Shown: positions 19,120-29,985, counted from the first letter of the stretch. The stretch is 64,000 nt of DNA from Lentisphaerota bacterium (GCA_030590485.1 JAUUYL010000006.1:3785-67784), one strand, 5' to 3'. Made by a program: numbers and translations. The notes: generated by a model not told the origin, from the sequence alone.

Positions 19120-19821
19120 ATGAGAAGAATTTTGGTGCCATTCTGCGTTTTGATCTTTCTATTCGCTCTGTTAACCGTGGATGTAACGGCGCAGGTTTCC
19201 CGCCTTAAGGGCACGGCATCGAGAAAGAGAGCTGTTGCTGCAGGCGAAGAGTCCCCTGTCGTCGCAATCGATAAGATTTATGGTGTAGGGAATCGGACCA
19301 AGCTTGACACTCCTACTTATAATACCAGCGCGGCTCGTGGTATTAATACCCCTAAAAAATGGTCGCGCATTGAAGTGACGTACAAGACGGGCCGAACTAA
19401 GGTGGAATGGCTTGATTCTTTGACTTTCTCTTACTACGCGTTGGCCAAAAAAATTGACAGGGAAAAGGGAACGCTCTATACATTCTATAAGAAGAATATA
19501 CATTATGTGAATATTGAGGCAGGAAAGAGGCAGCTGAATCACAGGAGTCATATTTTTCTCAGACCGGCCGCAGTCAGGCGTAATGGTGAACTTATCGCTG
19601 TTGCCGTGGAGATCAGCCATAAAGGGGTAATCGTAGATACGGCTGTAGAGTACGCGTCCGGAGCCGCTGCCAAGTTGCCGAAATCGGAAAAGGGTAAATG
19701 GTGGAAGAATTCTGTAATCACAGAAAGCAAGATAACTACGACGGACACGAGTTCTCTGCTGGATCGATCGCAATCACCGTGGGCGTATATTAATATCGAT
19801 GATTATGAGGTGATTAAGTAG
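19120..19821 (+). CDS. Amuc_1102-like secreted protein of a type IV pilus-like cluster
   Basis: Signal peptide; KKWSRIEV, AVAVEI, WWK and LLDRSQSPW...DDYE pattern; first gene before pilM as in the verrucomicrobial cluster. Confidence 0.7.
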   Translation: MRRILVPFCVLIFLFALLTVDVTAQVSRLKGTASRKRAVAAGEESPVVAIDKIYGVGNRTKLDTPTYNTSAARGINTPKKWSRIEVTYKTGRTKVEWLDSLTFSYYALAKKIDREKGTLYTFYKKNIHYVNIEAGKRQLNHRSHIFLRPAAVRRNGELIAVAVEISHKGVIVDTAVEYASGAAAKLPKSEKGKWWKNSVITESKITTTDTSSLLDRSQSPWAYINIDDYEVIK

Positions 19822-21530
19822 TGTTTGAATCAGATAGAGTGATTGCTATTGATATTGGGGCAAGCAAGCTTGTTGTTGCGGAGTTTCTGGCTCCGAAGGG
19901 TACGGCTCCTCAATTGGTCAATTACGGTATCGCTAATCTTGATGCAGATCCTGAGTCCTCGCAGAACTTGTCGGCACTTATAGCCACTGGAACACGAGAC
20001 TTAATGCGTGAGGCGGGGATAAAGCACGGCCCGATGTATATGACGGTCTCGGGACAGTCGGTTTTTCCCAGATATGTTAAGCTTCCTCCCGTGACCAGAG
20101 ATAAGGTCGCTCAGATGGTGCAGTATGAAGCTGAGCAGAATGTTCCATTCCCTATCAATGAAGTGGTATGGGATTATCAGCTCATTACGGACACAGATGA
20201 TGGTGAATTGCATGTAATGCTGGTTGCAGCCAAGATTGAAAATGTTTCCCAGTTTACCGATTGCATGGCGGCCGCAGGGTTGGAGCCGGACATTGTAGAC
20301 GTTGCTCCGATGGCCTTATACAATTGTGTTCGTTATAACTACCCGGATTTGCCTGGATGCACTATGGTTCTCGACATAGGCGCCAGGTCGTCGAATCTTA
20401 TTTTCCTTGAAGGCAGCCGTATCTTCAGTCGCAGTATACCCGTGGCAGGGAATACAATAACGCAAGAACTGATGAAGGAATTCGAGATTTCCTATGAGGA
20501 AGCCGAGGCGCTTAAGATAGAACATGGTTTCGTTGCTTTTGGCGGCGTATACGCGGGGGCTGATGATGAGGTGGCAGACATGGTCTCAAAACTCATCAGA
20601 AATGTTGTGACTCGTCTGCATGCGGAAGTTAACCGGTCTATAAATTTCTACAGAAGTCAGCAGGGTGGTGAGTCACCATCTGTAGTGTTGTTGACTGGTG
20701 GCTCAGCCATCATTCCTCATCTTGATACTTTCTTCAGGGAAAAGCTTCAGGTCGAGGTAGAACATCTCAATCCTTTTGCCAATATTGTTGTTAACCCTGC
20801 GCTTGATGCCGAGAGAATCAATCAGGAGTTCAATGTGCTTGGCGAGGTGACTGGGCTGGCCCTCAGAAGAGGCTTGGCATGTCCAGTTGAGATTAATCTC
20901 ATGCCGCCGGAGATTGTGGCCAAGAAAGTTTTCCGCAGGCGACAACCATTCTTTGCGGCATCGGTGATAGGCGTGGTTTGTATCATGTTGTGCTGGTGGG
21001 TTTATTTTTATCGCATGAGTACCGTTCTGAATAACAGAGGGAATGTTGTGGCTCAGGAAATAGCAAGTCTTGATGCTAAGGCCAAGACGCTTGCAACACA
21101 GGCTCAGAAGAGGCAGGTAGCGCAAATTAAGATAGCAACTGTTACGACTGTGATTGATAAGCGAACGCTCTGGAGCGAGATGCTCAACGATATACGCGGG
21201 AATCTTCTTGACGGTATGTGGGTGACCTCTTTGCGTATGGTTGCGGATAATAAGATGAAAGAGGCTAATCCTGATGTTCAGATAATCGAGATGGAAGGGT
21301 CGGGATTTCATGATAAGCTGCAGAAGGAAGACAAGCCTGATGCTAATGCGATAATGATTTTCAGGGACAAACTCAGGGCCTCAAAATATTTCACGCAAAG
21401 AACAGAGATAAAGCAATATTCACCTGGTTCATATACCCGAAGATTTAAAATGTGGATTTATATAGGCAAGGATGAATCCGAGCAGGCTGTGGATGATTCG
21501 GAAAAGTCCCCTGAGAAAACCGAAGGTTGA
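19821..21530 (+). CDS. pilM: Type IV pilus assembly PilM fused to TM plus PilN-like domain (Amuc_1101-like)
   Basis: Actin-like IDIGAS, EAEQNVPFPINEVVWDY, LDIGARSS and LTGGSA; INLMP then TM and coiled coil. Confidence 0.88.
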   Translation: MFESDRVIAIDIGASKLVVAEFLAPKGTAPQLVNYGIANLDADPESSQNLSALIATGTRDLMREAGIKHGPMYMTVSGQSVFPRYVKLPPVTRDKVAQMVQYEAEQNVPFPINEVVWDYQLITDTDDGELHVMLVAAKIENVSQFTDCMAAAGLEPDIVDVAPMALYNCVRYNYPDLPGCTMVLDIGARSSNLIFLEGSRIFSRSIPVAGNTITQELMKEFEISYEEAEALKIEHGFVAFGGVYAGADDEVADMVSKLIRNVVTRLHAEVNRSINFYRSQQGGESPSVVLLTGGSAIIPHLDTFFREKLQVEVEHLNPFANIVVNPALDAERINQEFNVLGEVTGLALRRGLACPVEINLMPPEIVAKKVFRRRQPFFAASVIGVVCIMLCWWVYFYRMSTVLNNRGNVVAQEIASLDAKAKTLATQAQKRQVAQIKIATVTTVIDKRTLWSEMLNDIRGNLLDGMWVTSLRMVADNKMKEANPDVQIIEMEGSGFHDKLQKEDKPDANAIMIFRDKLRASKYFTQRTEIKQYSPGSYTRRFKMWIYIGKDESEQAVDDSEKSPEKTEG

Positions 21531-21541
21531 TTTAATTTGTC

Positions 21542-22642
21542 ATGAGCAAGAAAATAATAATAATAATAGCGGCTTCCGTGGCAGTGCTGGTGTTGCTTGT
21601 GTTTGCAGGGTATAAACTTTATGTGGGAGTTAGTGCTTTCGCAGAGGCGGAAAAGAACCTGCAGTCTTCATTGCTGCGCCTCAACAGATATTACGCAGGC
21701 AACCCGTTTCCATCTCAGGAGAATATTGGTAAAGAGTCCGCCAATCTTAAGACGCTTGATGATTGGTTTGTCACGCTTGTTGAAGGAATACGCAATGGGC
21801 AGTTGCAGGAAAGTCACGAGCGAAGACCGTCTAAGTTTATTGATACGTTGACAGAGAAGCGCAATGAGATAAAGGCACTTGCGGGTAATGTGCGTCCTGC
21901 GGTTCTGTTGGCTGCGGATTTCGCCGTTGGATTTAAGAAATACAATTCTGGCGATCTGCCTGACCCTAAGTATGTTCCCCGGCTGACTCAGCAGCTTACT
22001 GTAATGGATTCAGTTTGCAGGATAATGATAGAGTCCGGTGTTCGTGAGATATTTGCTATGCAGAGAGAGAATATCGAAGCTACGTCAGGACGCGGAGTAG
22101 CCAGGGGTCGTAGTGGCGGGAGCAGCGGCAGGAGCGCAAGAAGACCTAGGCCTGAAGATGGGGCGACTGTACGGAGTTCGGTTTTTGCCGATGATATGAA
22201 GGCGAGCAAGGCAAATCCTGATGCTGGAATCATTGCAAAAGGCAAGCTGTTTACTAAATTCCATTTTTGTTATTTGATTAAAGCTGACGAGACATCGCTG
22301 GTGACTTTACTTAACAGTCTTTCGGAATCACCTATGTTTCTTGTGGTAACCAAAGTTTCTGTACAGAAGGACAAGAATGACATTGTTCTCCCGGAGAAGG
22401 AAGAGGAGGGCGAAGCGAGCGGGGGGCTTACAGGAGGGGCTCTGCTTGCCAGCATGTTGCGTAGGCCAAGTGATGATGCAGGCGAGCGAGAGAGTGAGGT
22501 TGCTCCGGATGTGCCAGCTGCTCCGAAGGTGGATCTTTCGCGAGAGCAGAAAGTTGTTAGTGGACCAGCATTTGAAAAGCTGCTTGATGTTCTTATTGAA
22601 TTTGATGTTTACCGTTTTGATAAAACTGAGGTGTCGAAGTGA
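21542..22642 (+). CDS. Amuc_1100-like (PilO-like) pilus-associated protein
   Basis: N-terminal TM, coiled coil, FPS.EN, GFKKY...LP, L..LLNSL...PMFLVV; position in cluster. Confidence 0.7.
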   Translation: MSKKIIIIIAASVAVLVLLVFAGYKLYVGVSAFAEAEKNLQSSLLRLNRYYAGNPFPSQENIGKESANLKTLDDWFVTLVEGIRNGQLQESHERRPSKFIDTLTEKRNEIKALAGNVRPAVLLAADFAVGFKKYNSGDLPDPKYVPRLTQQLTVMDSVCRIMIESGVREIFAMQRENIEATSGRGVARGRSGGSSGRSARRPRPEDGATVRSSVFADDMKASKANPDAGIIAKGKLFTKFHFCYLIKADETSLVTLLNSLSESPMFLVVTKVSVQKDKNDIVLPEKEEEGEASGGLTGGALLASMLRRPSDDAGERESEVAPDVPAAPKVDLSREQKVVSGPAFEKLLDVLIEFDVYRFDKTEVSK

Positions 22643-23703
22643 TTTTTTTAAGATCCATAATAGCTAACCTTAAAACGCATTATGATAAGCTCATTGCGTT
22701 TGTTATCTTGGCTGTACTTGTGGCTTCATTGATATATCTGGCGGTACAGCTTGGTCTGATCCAGGGTAGTGACAAGGCGTTCAGGGGAAAGATGAGTGCC
22801 TTTACCCCTAAGTTTCCAAATACAGAGAAAGTTGATACTGCATCCTTTGATGTTGCACGGAAGGTTATTTTTGAACCTTATGTGATTGATGGCGAGGTAT
22901 GGTCGAATACGCCTTTATTTGTGGTTGAGCAGAGGTTCTGGTGTGACTCCTGCGAAAAGCCTGTTGCGTGGGAAGCAAAGAGTTGTCCTTTCTGCGGGTA
23001 TGAGGTTCCTGAAGATCCTGAGGTGCATCCCGGCGGAGATATCGATGGCGACGGCTTAACTTATGCCATTGAGGTTGCAAATCAGATGGATCCGGATGAT
23101 GCCTCTGATGCAGGTATGGACTTTGATAATGACGGCTTTACTAATTACGAAGAGCTGACCGCTGAAATCCCGACTAATCCTCGCGACGAGACTGACAGAC
23201 CTCCTGATGTTCAAAAGCTGAAAGTAGATGCCTTGGGAGTCAATCCGTTCAGACTCAGGTTCAAGAGTCATATAAAGACACTTGATGGGTCGTTAAGATT
23301 TGGCTTAAACCTCCAGAAAAAAGGAAAACCGCCAAAGACGTATTTCAAGAAGATTGATGGGGACGTCGAGGGGTTCACCCTTGTGAAATATGAAGAAAAG
23401 ATCATAGAAGATGTTGATACTGGCAAGAAAGATATCTCTGAACTGACCCTTAAAAGAGGCAAAAAAGTGATTGTTTTAGTTAAAGGGCAGGATGTACAAC
23501 ATGATGAGTATCTTGTGAGGTTCTATTTTGAACCGCAAGACTTAAAAATCGTCAGAGCTGTAGGCTCGACATTTGATTTAAAGGAAATAACGTACAAGGT
23601 AATTAGTGTTGACATAAGCGCGCAGAGTGTAGTAATAATGCGTCTTTCTAATAGTAAAGAACTGACGATTCGGAAGGTGCCAGCGTTGTCTGGATCTAAC
23701 TAG
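22639..23703 (+). CDS. Amuc_1099-like protein with Zn-ribbon and Ca-binding DxDxDG repeats
   Basis: YDK then TM; CDSC...CPFC; DIDGDGL and DFDNDGFTNYEE. Confidence 0.7.
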   Translation: MIFLRSIIANLKTHYDKLIAFVILAVLVASLIYLAVQLGLIQGSDKAFRGKMSAFTPKFPNTEKVDTASFDVARKVIFEPYVIDGEVWSNTPLFVVEQRFWCDSCEKPVAWEAKSCPFCGYEVPEDPEVHPGGDIDGDGLTYAIEVANQMDPDDASDAGMDFDNDGFTNYEELTAEIPTNPRDETDRPPDVQKLKVDALGVNPFRLRFKSHIKTLDGSLRFGLNLQKKGKPPKTYFKKIDGDVEGFTLVKYEEKIIEDVDTGKKDISELTLKRGKKVIVLVKGQDVQHDEYLVRFYFEPQDLKIVRAVGSTFDLKEITYKVISVDISAQSVVIMRLSNSKELTIRKVPALSGSN

Positions 23704-23718
23704 GGAGTTGTATTTGGG

Positions 23719-26700
23719 ATGATATTTAGGGATTACATAAGAATTTTGACAGTAGTTTTTTTAGCCCTTTTTGTGTTTACTGCTCATGCTCAGGATTTGC
23801 TTGATGATGAGAGCGAAGCCGCGTCCGAAGATCTTCTTCTTGATTCCGCCCTTAATGGTGATTTGCTTGTCGATGAGACTTTGCTGGCTGAAGATGATTT
23901 AGACAGCCTGGATTTAGACTTAGAACTTCCTGTTGAAGAACCTCTTGGTGAAAATCTGGTTCTCGACACCGGTCTTGGTGATCTTATAGAAGAGCCAGCA
24001 GACTCCGAGTTCGATTTGAGCGATATCGAAGAGCCAATGATTGAGGAACCTCTAATCGAGGAGCCAATGCTTGAGGAACCTCTAATCGAGGAGCCAGTGC
24101 TTGATGAACCAGTGCTTGAGGAACCTCTAATCGAGGAGCCAGTGCTTGAGGAACCAATGCTTGAAGAACCTCTACTCGAGGAACCAGTGCTTGAGGAACC
24201 AGTGCTTGAGGAACCTCTAATCGAGGAGCCAGTGCTTGAAGAACCTGTGCTTGATGATGGCATTGATTTCAATGCGCTTGTAGAAGAGACATTGGAAGAC
24301 AGTAAAGACGCTGATGGCGGCAATGTGCATATTCCGCCAGCAACAACAGATGTAGCCCCTGTTACTTCTGCGCTTGTGGTTAATCATCAGGACGATGAGA
24401 TGGTTCGGACGGAAATCATGCAGGCGATAGGTGAGGGTATACCTGCACCTCCTTCTATTGAGGGTATTGAGATCGAGGGGTTGGGTGAATTGCTGTTCAC
24501 AGAGAATCTGGCCATATTAAAGAGAGAAGCCGGGGAGCATCACGCAGTCGACCAGTTGGATGAGGCTGGCATTGCTTATTCTGAAGGGGATTACGATAAG
24601 GCTATTGCTCGTTATAAGTATGCGTATAGTAATCTTGGGCGGCGACCAGCTACGGGGGCGGACAAGAAGCGGGCTAAGATAGGTGTAGCGAAGTCTTATT
24701 ACGCCAAAGCTATACAGCGCTACAGGGCTGGAGAAGAAGATCCGGCGTTGGAGGCTGCGCGTTTGGCTCGTGATTACGGGCACCCTAAGGCCAATAAACT
24801 TATTAAGATGATTAGTGACGGTCCTATCCAGGATAAGGTGGCAGCAGCTGGCTTTAACAGGCAACCTGTTGTTAATACTGAGGAAAGCAAGCTCAGGGTG
24901 CAGAGGATATCGGATCTCCTATGGCTTGGCAGGCAGCGTTTCCAGGCAAGGCAGTATGAAGATTCTCTTAAGGCATTTGAAGCAGTGCTCACGGTTGAGC
25001 CCGAGAATACAGAAGCCATACGGATGCGGTATAAGCTTGGGATGATGAAGTTTGACCGTTCGAGTCTTGAGCTTGAGGCAACACGTGAAATGATGACCGC
25101 GATGGTTCGTGAAACATGGAATCCCAGGCACTATATCGAGTTGGATGCTGCGGCGATGACAATAGAAACTGGTCCCGGAAGAGGTAGAAGTACAAGAGAT
25201 AACCGCCGGGATAAAATCTTGAAAAAGATGAACTCTATTATGATTCCGGAGATTGATTTCCGTCAGGCAAATATTAATGATGTGGTTTCTTTCCTTGCTC
25301 AAATGAGCCAGGAGTTTGATACGACAGAGCTTGAGCCTGGCGATATGCGCGGTGTAAACATTATTCTTAACCTTGGTGTGAAAGATGGTGGTGGCGCGGC
25401 AGATGAGGGTTTTGCTGCTGCTCCGGTTGAGGACGATCCTTTTGCAGCGATGGATGCTGGCTTTGGCAACAGTGGTGGCGCTGCTGCTGCGGCTGCTCAT
25501 GGCGACATACCGCTGGTCACATTTCAGGCTCGTGAATTAACTTTGCTTGATGCGTTAAAGATTGTTACAGAATATTGCAATCTAAAATACCACATAAAAG
25601 GCAGTGTGGTCATGATTGTCCGTAAGAACTACACGACCGAAGAGATTATTCCACGCTGGTACTCAGTAATGAACTTTACTGATATAATGAATGAATCGGC
25701 TGTCAGTATGGCTGCAGGTGGCGGCGGTGGTGGTGGTGGTGGTGGTGACTTTACCGCCATCGATGGCGGTGATATTGGTGGTGGTGGTGGTGCTGGTAAT
25801 TGGAAGGCGTTCTTTGAAGGACTTGGTGTTCCGTGGCCGCAGGGTTCAGCGATCAAGTATCTGCCTGGAATCGGTAAGCTTATGGTTGCTAATACAGCCG
25901 AAAACTTGGCGCTTTTTGAGCAGATCCTCAATCAATTTGACTTTGTTCCTAAGCAGATCGAGATCGAAGCAAGGTTTGTTGAGATTAACCAGAGTGATCT
26001 GGAGTCCTTGGGCATTGAGTGGAGTCTGACTGACGACTGGGAAATGCTATCTCGTAAGGGTGATGCACATATGCCTATATCGGCACGGCCGGCAATCAAA
26101 ATGTCTGCGCATAATGCTTCTGCTGGTGAAAGTTTAACCGTGGGGAACCGTTTCCTTACAGGTGGTGCTCTCGGGGCTGGTATTAATGATAATATAATGA
26201 GAATTGCCAGTGTTTTGACTAACCCTGAGTTGGATTTTGTTCTTCATATGATGAAGCAGAAGGGCAACTCAGACCTCTTGTCTGCTCCTAAAGTGACTGC
26301 TCAGTCAGGTTCAGAGGCGACTATAAAGGTTGTAGAAGAGTATATCTATCCGACAGAGTTTACGGTATCAGGTGTCACCGGCCAAACAAGTGCTGGCGGC
26401 GGCGGCGGTGGTATGAGCGGTGCGGTTGTTGAACCAGGTGGCTTTGAGACAAGAGAAGTCGGTGTTCTGCTTTCGGTTCTTCCTGAGGTGAGTGCTGAAG
26501 GCCAGATGATCATGCTTACCTTAAGCCCCGAAGTCTGTGAGTTTGTGAGATGGGAGGAGTATGGCTCTACATTTACGGATGCCAATGGTGCTCTTCAACA
26601 GCTCAGAATGCCTCAGCCTATTTTCCATACGCGTAATGTTTCAACTCAGATTATGATATTCAATGGCGCCACAGTTGTTATGGGCGGCATGATAACAGAG

Positions 26701-26904
26701 TCTCGGATCAGCGTGGATGATAAAATTCCGTTCCTGGGTGACATACCTATAATCGGACGACTGTTCAGTAGCAGGTACGATCAGAGTATAAAGCGAAATC
26801 TGCTTGTGTTTGTGACTGCGCGGATGGTGACGCCTGATGGCAGACCAGTAAAGACTGCTGAGGAAATGAATCCTCAGTTATCTTTGACTAATCCGAATAA
26901 CTAA
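23719..26904 (+). CDS. pilQ: Secretin (PilQ/GspD family, Amuc_1098-like) with acidic repeats and TPRs
   Basis: QIEIEARFVE, LLSAPKV, GATVVMGG and DKIPFLGDIPIIGRLF...RNLLVFVT secretin signature. Confidence 0.88.
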   Translation: MIFRDYIRILTVVFLALFVFTAHAQDLLDDESEAASEDLLLDSALNGDLLVDETLLAEDDLDSLDLDLELPVEEPLGENLVLDTGLGDLIEEPADSEFDLSDIEEPMIEEPLIEEPMLEEPLIEEPVLDEPVLEEPLIEEPVLEEPMLEEPLLEEPVLEEPVLEEPLIEEPVLEEPVLDDGIDFNALVEETLEDSKDADGGNVHIPPATTDVAPVTSALVVNHQDDEMVRTEIMQAIGEGIPAPPSIEGIEIEGLGELLFTENLAILKREAGEHHAVDQLDEAGIAYSEGDYDKAIARYKYAYSNLGRRPATGADKKRAKIGVAKSYYAKAIQRYRAGEEDPALEAARLARDYGHPKANKLIKMISDGPIQDKVAAAGFNRQPVVNTEESKLRVQRISDLLWLGRQRFQARQYEDSLKAFEAVLTVEPENTEAIRMRYKLGMMKFDRSSLELEATREMMTAMVRETWNPRHYIELDAAAMTIETGPGRGRSTRDNRRDKILKKMNSIMIPEIDFRQANINDVVSFLAQMSQEFDTTELEPGDMRGVNIILNLGVKDGGGAADEGFAAAPVEDDPFAAMDAGFGNSGGAAAAAAHGDIPLVTFQARELTLLDALKIVTEYCNLKYHIKGSVVMIVRKNYTTEEIIPRWYSVMNFTDIMNESAVSMAAGGGGGGGGGGDFTAIDGGDIGGGGGAGNWKAFFEGLGVPWPQGSAIKYLPGIGKLMVANTAENLALFEQILNQFDFVPKQIEIEARFVEINQSDLESLGIEWSLTDDWEMLSRKGDAHMPISARPAIKMSAHNASAGESLTVGNRFLTGGALGAGINDNIMRIASVLTNPELDFVLHMMKQKGNSDLLSAPKVTAQSGSEATIKVVEEYIYPTEFTVSGVTGQTSAGGGGGGMSGAVVEPGGFETREVGVLLSVLPEVSAEGQMIMLTLSPEVCEFVRWEEYGSTFTDANGALQQLRMPQPIFHTRNVSTQIMIFNGATVVMGGMITESRISVDDKIPFLGDIPIIGRLFSSRYDQSIKRNLLVFVTARMVTPDGRPVKTAEEMNPQLSLTNPNN
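24028..24252 (+). repeat. Coding tandem repeat, 15 x 15 bp encoding (E/D)EP(V/L/M)(L/I)
   Basis: gaggaacc/gaggagcc-based units counted directly in DNA and protein. Confidence 0.92.
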
Positions 26905-26951
26905 TACTTCTGTAACTGGTTTATATTACTAATGCATTAATTGAAGTACCT

Positions 26952-27821
26952 ATGTCTTCTTCCACATTACTGCTAGTCGATGGCCTCGCGGCCGTTTATC
27001 GTGCTTTTTACGCTATAAAAGGATTGTCGACCGCAGATGGTCTGCCTACGAACGCAGTTTTTGGCTTTGTTCGCATGATGAATCAGCTTATGGACAAAGT
27101 TAAACCTACTCATATGGTGCTTGTGTTTGATGGCGGTCTACCTGCAGCGCGGATGGAGCTTGTTCCTGAATACAAGGCTCAGCGACCCAGTATGCCTGAC
27201 GATCTGAGTCGACAGCTTCCGTTGATAGATCGATATCTGGAAGCTAGTTCGATTCTGGAAGTGGTGGTGGATGGCGAGGAGGCTGATGATGTTCTTGCAT
27301 CTATCGCTACTATATATGCTGATGATTTCGATAGTATTTTGATAGCGACGAGTGATAAGGATCTCTTTCAGGTCATAGATGACACGGTTAAGATGATTAA
27401 GCTGTCTGGCGGTAATGAGATTATGGGACCGGATGCAGTTAAGGCTAAGACGGGCGTTACGCCGGAACAGACTATTGAATGGCTTGCGCTTATTGGCGAC
27501 AGCGCGGACAACATTAAGGGTGTGCCTGGTGTTGGAGCCAAGACTGCTACGAAGCTTTTGTGTGAGCATGGCACTGTGGCGGCCATGTATGACAACATCG
27601 AGAAGGTGGCGTCTGAGCGGATTCGAGGCTCTCTCCTTGATTCAAAGGATATTGTTGAGCGAAACATTGCAATGATAAGGCTAAAGCTTGATATCGATTG
27701 TGTGTCTGGTTTGGATGAGATGGCTGTGAAGCCTTCTGATGACGGCCTTCTTTTGGCCTTGTTTGAGGAGCTTGAGCTTGACGGGTTCGCCAAAGCTATT
27801 CGTGAACCGGAGTTGTTTTAG
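26952..27821 (+). CDS. Stand-alone 5'-3' exonuclease / flap endonuclease (PolA N-terminal domain homologue)
   Basis: LLVDG...YRAFYA, PTNAVFGF, YKAQR, EADD, DKD and GDSADNIKGVPGVGAKTA; ends at 289 aa with no polymerase domain. Confidence 0.9.
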   Translation: MSSSTLLLVDGLAAVYRAFYAIKGLSTADGLPTNAVFGFVRMMNQLMDKVKPTHMVLVFDGGLPAARMELVPEYKAQRPSMPDDLSRQLPLIDRYLEASSILEVVVDGEEADDVLASIATIYADDFDSILIATSDKDLFQVIDDTVKMIKLSGGNEIMGPDAVKAKTGVTPEQTIEWLALIGDSADNIKGVPGVGAKTATKLLCEHGTVAAMYDNIEKVASERIRGSLLDSKDIVERNIAMIRLKLDIDCVSGLDEMAVKPSDDGLLLALFEELELDGFAKAIREPELF

Positions 27822-27954
27822 TTGTTTTTTTTTGTTGACATATTTCTGGATAATATTAATGATGTCCACGATTTGGTTATTAGACGAAAGAATCCCATTA
27901 TCTCATAAACGATAGAATCCCATTTGATAGGTTCGCTATCACTTCTGAATTTCC

Positions 27955-28551
27955 ATGCTGAGAATAGCAGTTACAGGTGGCATTGCTTGCGGTAAAACCC
28001 AACTCGGGACTTTAATCCAAAAGTCGGGGGTGGCGGTTTGCGAGGCTGATGATATGGCTCATCTCATGATGGAGCGGGGCACTGAATTGTACAAAGTGCT
28101 GGTTGACAGGTATGGTAGCGACATTGTCAGTGAAAGCTGCGATATAGACAGGAATAAGCTTGCGGATATTGTGTTTAATGATTTGCCGGAGCTCGAGAAA
28201 TTAACATCATTTGTCCATCCCGCCGTCAAGTTGCAGTGGGAAGAGTGGCTGTTGAAAGAGAGCGAGGCGGCTTCTGAAGGGATTGCGTGCGTAATAGTGC
28301 CTCTTCTGTATGAGGATGGTTTTGCTGATGACTGGGACGCGGTGATTTGTGTGGTAGCACCAGAAGAGACTTGCGTCAAGCGGCTCATTGGGAAGGGGGT
28401 GTCCAATTATGAGCGAAGAATGGATTTGCAGATGCCGATGAGTGAAAAGGCGGCAAGGGCCGACTATGTTGTTGTGAACAGCGGCACGTTGGAGTTTATG
28501 GAGTTACAGTGGAAAAGGATTTTAAAAAACATCACGGAGACTAAAGTATGA
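27955..28551 (+). CDS. coaE: Dephospho-CoA kinase
   Basis: [26 protein letters not shown] and VPLLYE. Confidence 0.92.
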   Translation: MLRIAVTGGIACGKTQLGTLIQKSGVAVCEADDMAHLMMERGTELYKVLVDRYGSDIVSESCDIDRNKLADIVFNDLPELEKLTSFVHPAVKLQWEEWLLKESEAASEGIACVIVPLLYEDGFADDWDAVICVVAPEETCVKRLIGKGVSNYERRMDLQMPMSEKAARADYVVVNSGTLEFMELQWKRILKNITETKV

Positions 28552-29984
28552 CGAAAGAAAGTAATTCACCATCCCGATCCAGGAGAGGGCCCTCTGGCCG
28601 ATCTCATGGCAATGGACAGAGGGGCCGTTCAGGCAATAGGGGAAATAGTCAGCCGTTAAGGCCAAGAAATCATGACGGCGATAAGGATTCGAAGGCGGAG
28701 CCGCGTCCGGAGTGGACAGGACCAGTGCCGCCGCCGCTGAGCTTGTTTGATTTGCAGAACAAGACCGTTCCAGAGCTTCATGAGATCGCAGAAAAGATGG
28801 AGCTTAAGGATATTGGTGCTTTGCGCAAGCATGAGCTTATATTTGAGATACTTCAGGAGCATGCGAATCGTAAAGGCGTGATGTTCAGTCAGGGAATCAT
28901 CGAGATATTGCCTGACGGGTTCGGATTTTTGCGCTCGCAGTTCAGCAACTACCTTCCGTGTCCTGAGGATATATATGTTTCTCCGTCTCAAATTCGGCGT
29001 TTTGGTCTCAGGACTGGCGATCTGGTGGAGGGTGAGATTCGTGAGCCAAAGGAAAAGGAGCGTTTCTTTGCGTTGCTAAAGGTTCTTAAGGTTGGAAATG
29101 ATGATCCAGAGAAGGCTTGGCACAAGGTTCCGTTTGGCGATCTTACGCCGCTTTTTCCTGACAAGAGGATTAATCTTGAAACCAACCCAAAAGAGGTTTC
29201 CATGCGAATCATGGATCTGTTTACACCTATTGGTATGGGTCAGCGGGGTTTAATAGTTGCGCCACCTCGTACGGGAAAGACGGTATTGTTGCAGAAACTT
29301 GCGAATGCCATATCCGAGAACCATCCGGACGCATATCTCATTATCCTTCTTATTGATGAGCGGCCTGAGGAAGTTACTGATATGCAGAGAAACACCAAGG
29401 CGCATGTGTTGAGTTCAACATTTGACGAGGCTCCTGAGCGCCATGTTCAGGTCGCAGAGCTTGTTATAGAGATGTCTAAGCGCATGGTAGAGGGTGGACA
29501 GGACGTTATAATACTGCTTGATAGTATTACGCGTCTTGCCAGGGCGTATAACACTATTGCACCTCATAGTGGCAAGATTTTGTCCGGTGGTGTGGATGCT
29601 AATGCTCTTAATAAGCCAAAAAGATTCTTTGGTGCTGCACGAAACATTGAAGATGGCGGAAGTTTGACTATTATAGCTACAGCACTTGTAGAAACGGGTA
29701 GTCGTATGGACGATGTTATCTTCGAGGAGTTTAAGGGTACGGGTAATATGGAGCTCTGTCTTGATAGGGCATTGGTTGACAAACGCGTGTTTCCTGCGAT
29801 TCATATTGAGAGATCGGGGACGAGGAAGGAAGAATTGATTCTTCATCCGGATGAACTCAGTAAGATCTGGGTTCTCAGGCGTGCTATTAACGGGGTTCCG
29901 CCTGTTGAGGCGATGGAAACAATAATAAATAGACTTAAGAAAACTAAGAGTAATGCCGAATTTCTAATGGCAATGAAGGAGTAG
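28548..29984 (+). CDS. rho: Transcription termination factor Rho
   Basis: [38 protein letters not shown] and [10 protein letters not shown]. Confidence 0.97.
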   Translation: MTKESNSPSRSRRGPSGRSHGNGQRGRSGNRGNSQPLRPRNHDGDKDSKAEPRPEWTGPVPPPLSLFDLQNKTVPELHEIAEKMELKDIGALRKHELIFEILQEHANRKGVMFSQGIIEILPDGFGFLRSQFSNYLPCPEDIYVSPSQIRRFGLRTGDLVEGEIREPKEKERFFALLKVLKVGNDDPEKAWHKVPFGDLTPLFPDKRINLETNPKEVSMRIMDLFTPIGMGQRGLIVAPPRTGKTVLLQKLANAISENHPDAYLIILLIDERPEEVTDMQRNTKAHVLSSTFDEAPERHVQVAELVIEMSKRMVEGGQDVIILLDSITRLARAYNTIAPHSGKILSGGVDANALNKPKRFFGAARNIEDGGSLTIIATALVETGSRMDDVIFEEFKGTGNMELCLDRALVDKRVFPAIHIERSGTRKEELILHPDELSKIWVLRRAINGVPPVEAMETIINRLKKTKSNAEFLMAMKE

Positions 29985-29985
29985 A

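Noticed and set aside
18864-19120. tRNA-Thr as an occupied integration site
   Set aside because: No integrase and no duplicated tRNA 3' end noticed
24028-24252. Tandem array as CRISPR or non-coding repeat
   Set aside because: In-frame 15-bp coding repeat inside the secretin with no unique spacers
26952-27821. Truncated polA pseudogene
   Set aside because: Clean stop at the domain boundary with no polymerase remnant after it; stand-alone FEN-type genes are common
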